64,000 bases of DNA. Origin: a virus (Duplodnaviria; Caudoviricetes). The notes under the pieces are model-generated. The model was not told the DNA's origin. It made no database searches and saw only the letters and a list, made by a program, of their open reading frames with translations. The stretch lies in IMG/VR virus record IMGVR_UViG_3300031853_000001, positions 64,001 through 128,000 of that record. One strand, given 5' to 3'. Below are positions 53,319-61,662 of this stretch, one piece after another (within the stretch, counting starts at the first letter, position 1; every line of letters begins with the position of its first letter). A program made the position numbers and the translations under genes.

Positions 53319-53530
53319 TATGAATGGATTTTATAAAGTAAAAGTTAATAATTATGGAGAAAAACCCGAAGAATGGTCTGGTGTTGTTGTGGGTAACGAT
53401 GAAGGTGACCTTATGAACAAGGTTATGAAATATTATGGTCACGATAATGTAGAACAAATAAGCTTTTGGTTTGGAGAATTTTATGATAATGATGTCGTAG
53501 AATTTGACGATTTTAAGGATTGTCCATTAT

Positions 53531-53559
53531 TTGACTTTCACTAAAAATTTTGATATAAT
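53531..53559 (+). promoter_or_regulatory. sigmaA-type promoter of tRNA-Met/ncRNA unit
   Basis: TTGACT-17-TATAAT. Confidence 0.85.
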
Positions 53560-53590
53560 ATTTATACAAGGTGAGGGAACTCACCAATAA

Positions 53591-53663
53591 TGCGGAGTGG
53601 CCAAGTAGTTAAGGCAATTGGCTCATACCCAATAGATCAAGAGTGCAAATCTCTTCTCCGCAA
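53591..53663 (+). tRNA. tRNA-Met(CAT), CCA not encoded
   Basis: tgcggag/ctccgca, attgg-ctcatac-ccaat. Confidence 0.85.
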
Positions 53664-54640
53664 CTCAGCGCAAAAGGAGAGCAAGCTGTTACTCCGAGTG
53701 AACTTATCGGCGCTATATAAATAGGAAAAACCAATTAAATACAGTATTTTAAATGAAGTAATAACTGCCATAGAAGTCATGACCTATGATAGAAGACACT
53801 TCATTTAAAGCAACCGGTTGATTTGCGCAATTAAGTCGTTAGAAGCGACTAGAGGGAGAGACCCTGACTAATAAGCAAGTCCATTCTATGAAATGGTAAT
53901 GTCGAAAACCAATTAGTGTAAAGTAGCATACCTTACCAATAATAAGGAGAATCAGCGTAGCGAACTGAATTGGCGTACTGGAATTTGTTGTCCAGAGTAG
54001 GCATAAATCGAGCAGCAATGCGGTAATACCCGTGCACAGGTAGCTAAATTACCCTGGCTCACCAATTATTTTAGAAGATAAGACTTGAGCTTATCTCTGG
54101 CTATGAAGCGAGTGCCGTGCCGCAGATGCGGTGCTTAGTGGAGCCTATGTGGGTTTAGCGTGTCAACCACAATGCGGATAGGTATTAACCGAAAGAAAAC
54201 ACGCTTTAATGGCGCTTTATCCCAAGCCTTTTCGCGGCGGCGCTATAAGTACCAAAAGGTATTATTTAATACTGAGCGTGAAACTAAGAGGGAACTGAAG
54301 GCTGTGCCAAGGTGAAAGGCTAACAGTCCGAGTGATGACCGTTGAAGCCATTCGGTGCATAGTGGTGCCGTTAAAGCGATGGATGCATACATCGTCCACT
54401 TCATTTAATGACTTGATGCTTATCAAGCTAGAACTATCGAGGACGTGTGCGGTGGGAATGTTTGAGATTAGATGTAGATAGTTTAAGTATAGACTTGCGG
54501 TGCAAGCCTAATCAACTGGCGTTCCGCGGCCAGAATACTTTGCGGGCTTTATTGATTCGGGAGGAAGTGTCCGTAGATGAACTTCTCGGAGTAATCGCCA
54601 TAATCGAATCAGCCGTGCGGCTGGCATAATGCCGCAATAT
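53664..54640 (+). ncRNA. about 1-kb structured non-coding region with embedded tRNA-like domains
   Basis: no credible ORF; many hairpins; cloverleaf-like 53907-53975 (loop ccaataa) and ACCA-ending unit 54010-54064. Confidence 0.55.
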
Positions 54641-54760
54641 GGCACCGTAGTGCAAAGGTAAGCACGCCGGCCTTTGTGAGATAGGGTAAAGTGCAGTTCA
54701 ACTCTGCCGTCTCGCACCACAAGCCGGTGATGCTGGGTTCAAGTCCCGCCGGTGCTTCCA
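54641..54760 (+). tRNA. tRNA-Glu(TTC) interrupted by 44-nt mini-tRNA insert (54676-54719)
   Basis: removing the insert gives ccggc-cttt|caa-gccgg; CCA. Confidence 0.85.
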
Positions 54761-54763
54761 AGC

Positions 54764-54856
54764 AAAGAAAAGAGAAGCATAAATCTGATCAATTTATGAG
54801 ATAATGATGCCCTAACATCAAGTCTTTTCTTTAATAAATATTATTAGGGTGATATT
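54764..54856 (+). promoter_or_regulatory. HEG-leader pseudoknot motif, copy C
   Basis: aaagaaaaga-GAAGC-hairpin-GAGATAAT-GATG ccctaa CATC-aag-tcttttcttt; loop pairs ttaggg. Confidence 0.7.
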
Positions 54857-55498
54857 ATGAGTAGAAAATTAAGCCAACAACAATTTGAAGAAAGAGTATA
54901 TAAGACATTTGGAGATAAATATTCTGTAGTAAGTGAATATTTAGGTCAAAGAAAACCTATAACTTTACATTGTAATATACACAATATTGATTTTACAGCT
55001 ACTGCTGAATGTTTCATGAGACAAGCTAATGACACTCGCTCAAGTTGTCCAGAATGTACTGCAGAAAAACGAAGACAAGAAAATAATTCTGTAAAATGTG
55101 AATGTGCTTATTGTCATAAAATTTTTTATTTGTCTCAATCTAAAGCTAATAATTCTAAAAGTGGATTACATTTTTGTTGTAGAGAACATAAAGATTTAGC
55201 TCAAAGAATAGATAGCGGTGAACAATTCGATATAATGCGCCCGCCTCATTATAATGCAATAAAAAATGATACAGGAACAATTGGGACATATCGTATTTTA
55301 GCTTTTAGAAATTATCCCCATAAGTGCGCTGTTTGTAATTGGGACGAAGATGAAGATATATTACAAGTTCATCATATAGATGAAAATAGACAAAATAATT
55401 CTTTAACCAATTTAATTATTTTATGTCCTAATTGTCACGCAAAAATAACTTATGGGAAATATAAATTAATTGATCGAAAACAAATTATATTAAAATAA
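54857..55498 (+). CDS. HNH endonuclease
   Basis: CAVC...LQVHHIDENRQNN...NL..LCPNCH. Confidence 0.9.
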   Translation: MSRKLSQQQFEERVYKTFGDKYSVVSEYLGQRKPITLHCNIHNIDFTATAECFMRQANDTRSSCPECTAEKRRQENNSVKCECAYCHKIFYLSQSKANNSKSGLHFCCREHKDLAQRIDSGEQFDIMRPPHYNAIKNDTGTIGTYRILAFRNYPHKCAVCNWDEDEDILQVHHIDENRQNNSLTNLIILCPNCHAKITYGKYKLIDRKQIILK

Positions 55499-55511
55499 AA
55501 TTAAATAGGAG

Positions 55512-55995
55512 TTGTTGTATATGGCAATCCACGATAGAGCTTATACTCGTACAAAAAGTTGGACTAAGGCACTTCGTAAATACCACATTGATAGAGATAT
55601 TTCCGCAGGTAAATGGTGGCCTATGTACAATAATCTCCATCAATATGCTGATAATAAAATTCATTGTTCCTGTCCAATGTGTAGTGCTAAAACCAACAAC
55701 AAAAAGCGCAATGGGCCTCGTGGATGGGAACCTTCAAAAAATTGGTCTATTTCAGATCAAAAGAAAATTAATAGTATGGAAAGTCAAGTTGAGGAATTAA
55801 ATGATAACTTGGAATAATTTTAAATGTGATTTTCCGTATCATCGTATAGATAATTTTGGCGATTATAGTGAAATGTGGTGCGGACGATTAGAAAAATATA
55901 TTTCTAATTGTAATGATTGCCCATTTAACCAAAAAGAAAAAGAGATGCGTGAAGACCCCAATAATTATCAAAAATGGCTAAAATTACATAATTGA
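55512..55995 (+). other. two small Cys-containing hypothetical CDSs (55512-55817, 55801-55995)
   Basis: coupled ORFs; HCSCPMC motif. Confidence 0.55.
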
Positions 55996-56325
55996 CTTTT
56001 TCTAAAAATTATAGTATAATATATATAGTTAAGGGAAAGGAGATAAATTATTTATGAATTATCTGGATGATTTTCTTGTTGGCCCGCAGAGCGATGAATA
56101 TGATTGGTATTATGAAAATGAAATTCCTGATCCAGAATGGGACAGGAGATGTCGAGGATTGGATAAACTAATACTTGACAAGTAATAAAAATTATGTTAT
56201 AATATTTATAGAAACAAGGAAAGGATGATAATTGTGCGCTTTACGACTCGCAAGTCTCGTACTGTGTTTTCTTCTTCTTGGAGTCGCCGCAAGCAGGCAG
56301 AGATGCTTGATGAGTGGCAGATTTA

Positions 56326-56870
56326 AACGCCAGATTAGTTCAGCAAATTGCGGCCAATATTAATGGCGTTACCGCATTCCTTACTTATAGTTTGGAAGTA
56401 CAAAGGTTTTGAGTAATTGAACCGGTTAAATCAATGCTTGGCGCCGGGTCCACCCTACTGGGCTCGTAAACAAATCGCGGCCAATGGTGAGAAGCGCCAC
56501 CGCTATAAAGGAATGCCCCACGACGGGTTTCGTAAGTTATGTTGAAAGATATATACTAGCTTGGAATAAGCACACGCAAGAGTTGCTATAATGCGCAACA
56601 GAAAAATCCTTTATAATAGGTTAACCTACGGTCGGATGGGAGACGATAAACCCCTTTCAAGCAGTCTCTTTGGCGGTTGGACTTAAAATAAACCACCTAG
56701 GTCAGCAGGACTGATAACTATATATTATAGAAGCAATCTCTTTTATAATATATAGAAAACGCAGCCATAATCCTGTCGTTGCGGCGAACAACGATAAAAA
56801 TCGCTAGTAGCCCAGATACTTACTTAAAGGGTTTTCGCCGCGTTAATCTTGGTATCGGATTGCGGTTGTA
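56326..56870 (+). ncRNA. unassigned structured non-coding region
   Basis: long-range closing stems such as gcattcctt/aaggaatgc and gggttt/aaaccc; no ORF. Confidence 0.45.
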
Positions 56871-56871
56871 T

Positions 56872-57006
56872 CCACGCGTGGTGCAAATGGCGAGACACAG
56901 CGGACTTACGTAGGCCCAGTGGCTTGTTGGAGAGCAACACTCCTTCCTACGACCAAAATCCGCGACGCAAGATACATTGCTGGTTCAAATCCAGTCGCGT
57001 GGACCA
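56872..57006 (+). tRNA. tRNA-Leu(TAA) interrupted by 47-nt mini-tRNA insert (56909-56955)
   Basis: removing the insert gives gcgga-ctta|aaa-tccgc; long variable region, CCA. Confidence 0.87.
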
Positions 57007-57009
57007 TAT

Positions 57010-57086
57010 GAGTTTGTAACCGAATTGGCATAGGTACTTGGCTCAAACCCAAGGTTTTGTGGGTTCGACTCCCACCAAACTCACCA
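57010..57086 (+). tRNA. tRNA-Leu(CAA), short variable region
   Basis: cttgg-ctcaaac-ccaag, CCA. Confidence 0.88.
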
Positions 57087-57154
57087 AAATTTATATTTCG
57101 AGTGCGAATTATAATAATTTGAATTCGATGTTATTACTTATCTAATGTAAGGAG

Positions 57155-57925
57155 GTGGTTAATATGCCACTAAAATATAAATTAGAAGAAGTATTAACAG
57201 AAAATTCTCCTGTTACTAGAAAAGTTTTAAAAGATTATTTAGCAAAATATAATGTTTTAGAATATAAATGTGCAATATGCGATAACAGAGGAGAATGGAA
57301 TGGAGTTTCTTTAACATTACAAATAGACCATATTAATGGTATAAGAGATGATAATAGAAAAGAAAATCTTCGTTGGCTATGCCCGAATTGTCATTCTCAA
57401 ACTGATACTTTTACTGGGAAAAATAAAACTAAAAAAGAAGTTGTTAATTTTACAGTAGAAGAAGCTATTAAAGCATTACAACAAACTGAAAATGTAAATC
57501 AAGCAACCAAATTAATCGGCTGTGCGCAAGGTGGAGCAAATTGGATTAGAGTAAATGATATTAAAAAAAAGTATGGAATTATTCAATCTGGGGATTTAAA
57601 GAAAGAAGAAAAACAAAAGTTTAAAGAAAATCATATTAATGCGAAACCAATTAACTCTATTAAATTATGTAAAAAATGCGGCCGTCCGTTATCGACAAAA
57701 GATGCTGAATACTGTCAAACTTGTATACACGAATTTCAACGAAAATGTGAATGGCCTTCTCGCGAAGAACTTAAAAAATTAATTCGCTCTACACCTTTTT
57801 TACAAATAGGTAAAAAATATAATGTAAGCGATAATGCTGTAAGAAAATGGTGCTTAAATTATGGTTTGCCATCTAAAAAGATGGAAATAAAAGCAATTTC
57901 AGATGAAGATTGGAATAATATTTGA
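57155..57925 (+). CDS. HNH endonuclease with C-terminal HTH
   Basis: CAIC...LQIDHING...DNRKENLRWLCPNCHSQT; VSDNAVRKW. Confidence 0.9.
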   Translation: MVNMPLKYKLEEVLTENSPVTRKVLKDYLAKYNVLEYKCAICDNRGEWNGVSLTLQIDHINGIRDDNRKENLRWLCPNCHSQTDTFTGKNKTKKEVVNFTVEEAIKALQQTENVNQATKLIGCAQGGANWIRVNDIKKKYGIIQSGDLKKEEKQKFKENHINAKPINSIKLCKKCGRPLSTKDAEYCQTCIHEFQRKCEWPSREELKKLIRSTPFLQIGKKYNVSDNAVRKWCLNYGLPSKKMEIKAISDEDWNNI

Positions 57926-58185
57926 CTTTCTTTTAAAATTATAGTATAATAATTATAGTAAAGAGAAAGGATTTATATGAAAGCAAAGTGTAAATGCAGT
58001 TGTATTTGGGACTATTCTTGTAATGATATTAAAGTTGAACCTGACGGTCACGATGTTGTAGTTACTTTATATTGCCCTAATTGTGGGCATCAGCTTTTTG
58101 CTTATAGCCCTAATGACCTAATAGAAAAAGTATCTCCTTCTTATGTTGATACTCATTGTTTTTCAAAATACACTTGGAATAATAC

Positions 58186-58214
58186 TTGACTTTTAGCAGA
58201 AAATCTGCTATAAT
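58186..58214 (+). promoter_or_regulatory. sigmaA-type promoter directly feeding scaffold RNAs #3/#4
   Basis: TTGACT-17-TATAAT, 12 nt upstream of the first stem. Confidence 0.85.
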
Positions 58215-58226
58215 AAATATGTAAGA

Positions 58227-58297
58227 ACGACGGTAGCAGCAGTTTTAATAATAAATATTTTTAATGTAAAAATCCTTATTAGCAAAAATTCCGTCGT
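58227..58297 (+). ncRNA. ACAGCAA-scaffold RNA #3 (variant GCAGCAG)
   Basis: acgacgg-taGCAGCAG...ccgtcgt. Confidence 0.55.
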
Positions 58298-58311
58298 GCT
58301 GATTGAAATTA

Positions 58312-58379
58312 AGGCGGACACAGCAAATAACTATTTAAGCAATAATCTTTTAAATTATGTAGCTAAAATAACCGCCTAG
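58312..58379 (+). ncRNA. ACAGCAA-scaffold RNA #4 carrying a Lys(UUU) anticodon stem-loop
   Basis: aggcgg-acACAGCAA...ataat-cttttaa-attat...ccgcct-ag. Confidence 0.75.
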
Positions 58380-58386
58380 AATTTAT

Positions 58387-58464
58387 GTGCCCGTGGCGCA
58401 ACTTGGCAGACGCGCTACACTTAGGATGTAGATTTTCAGAGTTCAAATCTCTGCGGGCGCACCA
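58387..58464 (+). tRNA. tRNA-Leu(TAG), short variable region
   Basis: ctaca-cttagga-tgtag, CCA. Confidence 0.88.
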
Positions 58465-59117
58465 GTCACTCCTCGCTAATGCGACAAGTCGCGTTAACAT
58501 TTGTTTGTTAGCTACTGTTGGAAAACGCGACTTTAAAATACAAAGAAGCAACAGTAAATAGCTCAAACCGTATGTTGAGACTATCGTAACTATCACATTC
58601 TAGGAGTCCTGACTCGTTATTGGACTTAATACTCAACGGAGTTGGCGCCCAAACAAATCCTAGAATGTATATGGTATCAAGTGAAGAGCCTTCTCGTGGC
58701 GATACTGATTTCGACTAATCTTCACAAAATATTAAAGCGTGCTTTTCCTTGCTGTACACTTGTTGAAAAGCCAAATGTTCCCGTATGAGAATACGCAGGT
58801 TATACCTGTATATTGAAATCCCATAAGACGTCACAAAGGAATGGATAGAAATTACAATGGGCCATTCAGAAAGTAGAACACTTTAATATTTGACTTTTTC
58901 TGAAAATTCTGGTATAATAATTACAGAAACAAGGAAAGGACAAAATAATGAAGATACTTGTTGTAAATAAAGATGAGAAAATACAATTAATTCATCTCCT
59001 AAAACAAGAAATACGCAAACCTGGTTGTCCTTATGAATTACTTACTATTTTAGAAAAACTTAGTCCTGGAGACTATGAATATCTTTTTACAACTATGAAA
59101 TAAAAGAAAGGAAGTAG

Positions 59118-59693
59118 ATACTCCATTTAATAAAATGGTTGAACCAAGTGAAGAAGAGTTAACCACTCTGCTTGGGCTATCTAAATAACAGCCATACGAT
59201 TTAGCGGGATACTACTAAATCGCGGCCACGAAATCAGTAATGATTAGTGATAAGGAGAAACTCTTAATGTTAAGGATAGGCGCTTGGTTATTCGCTAACA
59301 AAAACTTGGCTCCTTGCGGCGTCGTAATAGAAAGCAGATTGAGCAGATTTGCCGAACCCAGAAAAGACTTTAAGGTGGCAGTTAAAGGGACTCTGGGAAA
59401 GCCATAAGACGTTTGGTGTCGTTGAAACCTAGAAATAGGATATAAGCAAGGTTCACAGATAAAGTAGCCTAAAACGACAATGATTCTAATAAGTAATTTA
59501 ATTAGAATAATGTGCTGAATGGTTTAGGTGAAATTTGGGAGTAATCAGTCTCCCCGTTGCTAGCCAAAAGGCAGGATGAAGAAGTTAAAGGGTCGCTACC
59601 TTTGGCTCAGCCTTCATCTTCAACGTGGTTGAATATGTTAGAAGGATAATACAAGTACGGCGAAGGTCGCAACGGTTTTATTAAATGGGGTAT
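59118..59693 (+). ncRNA. 576-nt large structured RNA, ROOL-like
   Basis: 23-bp terminal stem atactccatttaataaaatggtt/aacggttttattaaatggggtat; size and tRNA-cluster context fit ROOL; family not verified. Confidence 0.6.
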
Positions 59694-59700
59694 TTGCCCT

Positions 59701-59795
59701 AGACTTTAAGGTAGCATTGGAGTAATTAACCAATGAGACAAAGATGCTCCTACATCGGCTTAAAGTTTAAAATATAATCATAGGAGTGATTTAAT
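59701..59795 (+). promoter_or_regulatory. HEG-leader pseudoknot motif, copy D
   Basis: agactttaag-GTAGC-hairpin-GAGACAAA-GATG ctccta CATC-GG-cttaaagttt; loop pairs taggag (SD). Confidence 0.72.
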
Positions 59796-60356
59796 ATGCC
59801 AAGGAAAATTGATTTAACAGGAAAAATTTTTGGAATCATACAGGTAGATTCGCCAGCACCAAGTCAATCTGGTAAAACGTATTGGAATTGTCATTGTACA
59901 ATTTGTAATACTAAAAAAGTAATTCAAGGTTGCGCCTTAAAAAATGGTTCTATTAAAACTTGCGGTTGTGGTTGTTCTTTTCATAAACAAAATACTTCAA
60001 AAATTTGTGAAATTTGTGGAAAAGAATTTATTCCAATAAAATTTGGCGGTGCTAGAAAATATTGTTATGAATGTTCTCCGCAAGAAGGCTCAGAAACAGA
60101 TAAGCGCACAGTTATAAGACGAGCTTTAAAAAAGATGCTAGTTGATTATAAAGGTGGAAAATGTGAACGATGTGGATATAATAAATGTTTACGCGCATTA
60201 GAATTTCATCATTTAAATCCGTCTGAAAAAGATTTTGGAATTTCTGGATGTATAACTAAAAATGTAGAAGAATTAAAAAATGAAGTTAATAAATGTATTT
60301 TAGTTTGTTCTAATTGTCACGCGGAAATTCATGAAGAATTAGACGAGGCCCGTTAG
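59796..60356 (+). CDS. HNH endonuclease
   Basis: GGKCERCGY....ALEFHH..P..K.F...KC.LVCSNCH.E.H; stop lies inside tRNA-Asn. Confidence 0.9.
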   Translation: MPRKIDLTGKIFGIIQVDSPAPSQSGKTYWNCHCTICNTKKVIQGCALKNGSIKTCGCGCSFHKQNTSKICEICGKEFIPIKFGGARKYCYECSPQEGSETDKRTVIRRALKKMLVDYKGGKCERCGYNKCLRALEFHHLNPSEKDFGISGCITKNVEELKNEVNKCILVCSNCHAEIHEELDEAR

Positions 60357-60423
60357 TCCAGTTGGCAGAACGATAGACTGTTAATCTATGTCAGCGCTGG
60401 TTCAAGTCCAGCACGGGCCGCCA
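60347..60423 (+). tRNA. tRNA-Asn(GTT)
   Basis: ataga-ctgttaa-tctat, G73, CCA. Confidence 0.9.
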
Positions 60424-60703
60424 TAGTCACATAGAGGACTTATTCTCTATGCTTGCTCAACGTCCCACTTATGTGAACGCGCGAAGTCACATAAGAGAGT
60501 CAACCCTTCCGAAGTACGAAGGAACCCCTAAAATGGTCTGTGGGGATAAGCGGTGTCATGAACCGCCTAATGTAGCTGGCAAAGAGCATAGGTTCGTTAG
60601 GCTCCTAAGAAAAGCCTATCACCATCACGATAGCAAATAAGTGAATAAACGGATACGCGGTTAGCTGACCTTAAAGCTATTCTAATCTAGAGGAGAATAA
60701 AAT

Positions 60704-61243
60704 ATGAGTGACGTAAGACTAAAAATTTTACCTCCATGGACAGTAACAATTCGTAAGTTTGAGGCACTATTTGACGGTGACCCACAAATTGCTTGTAATT
60801 GTAATTTCTCAGGTTCTAATCCTTCTATTGTACTAGCTTGTAATAATGGTGATAAGGTTGCTGCTCTACAGCAGATTCTTCCTTCTGAAGTTGGCTTTGG
60901 CAATATTAAGCTAAAGGTCGCGGTTGATGGTGTTCCTTCTAATCGTACTTTCAAGAGTAAGGTTGAACTATTTGACACGGCTTTCAAGGGGAATCCAGCA
61001 TACGCTTATTCTGCATGTCCTGCTGAGGAAGGTTATCAGTGGATTGGGACTACTTATGTTGTATTTAATAACTGTGTAGTGCAGTTCGCGGCGGACAATC
61101 TAAATGATTGCCATGGTATTATTAGCACCCTATATGAAACTATCGCAAGCGAACTTCTAACTGGCCCCGCTACTGATGGTGTATTTTATAATACAAATGT
61201 AGAACGTGCTGGGCTTGGTCTTTCGCTAGGAGAATGGCCATAA
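60704..61243 (+). CDS. conserved hypothetical phage protein
   Basis: LPPW...LF..DP, L.P....FGN, F.GNP, YVVF...VVQF..DNL.D..G..STLY..IA. Confidence 0.65.
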   Translation: MSDVRLKILPPWTVTIRKFEALFDGDPQIACNCNFSGSNPSIVLACNNGDKVAALQQILPSEVGFGNIKLKVAVDGVPSNRTFKSKVELFDTAFKGNPAYAYSACPAEEGYQWIGTTYVVFNNCVVQFAADNLNDCHGIISTLYETIASELLTGPATDGVFYNTNVERAGLGLSLGEWP

Positions 61244-61464
61244 AAGATAAGTTCACTGGGCTCTTCTAAAGTCCAGTACCAAAGCCGAATGTCACATAAA
61301 GTTAACGACGGTGCGGTATGAAAAGACCACGCTGTAGTGGCACGGGCAGAGCTAATCCGGCAAGGAAAGCGGCGGTTAAAGTGAAATCGCGACGCGGAAA
61401 GAGAAAGAATAACAACCAGTGATGGGTCGAAAGACGTCTTATCAGTTTTCTCGGTCACTTTTAT

Positions 61465-61538
61465 AGTCCGTTAGTTTAACAGTAAAATATAACCCTGTCA
61501 CGGTTAAGTTACGAGGGCAGCACTCGTACGGACTGCCA
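61465..61538 (+). tRNA. tRNA-Asp(GTC)
   Basis: taacc-ctgtcac-ggtta, G73, CCA; atypical T loop ggcagca. Confidence 0.85.
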
Positions 61539-61657
61539 TAGACTCAAACAGCAATATTTTACTTGCATGTGGGGCCGGAAGTATTGGTTTAACTCCAGTT
61601 CTCTCCACCACATGGAGAGATAGTGTAACGATAGCACGCCGTATAGTATGAGTCTAG
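61539..61657 (+). ncRNA. ACAGCAA-scaffold RNA #5 with circularly permuted tRNA (GTG, His-like)
   Basis: tagactc-aaACAGCAA...gagtcta-g enclosing gc-atgtggg-gccgg, T arm, tctctcc-ACCA, linker, ggagaga, D arm, ccg. Confidence 0.82.
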
Positions 61658-61662
61658 TATAT

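Noticed and set aside
54290-54600. RNase P RNA (ggaggaagtgtcc, gtgccaaggtgaaa)
   Set aside because: Partial look-alikes in the wrong order; no P4 partner found
56326-56370. tenth ACAGCAA element
   Set aside because: cagcaa lies 8 nt from the stem and lacks the consensus spacing and 3' end
58465-58486. HDV-like theta ribozyme after tRNA
   Set aside because: cctcgc present but the nested double pseudoknot could not be built; the tRNA already encodes CCA
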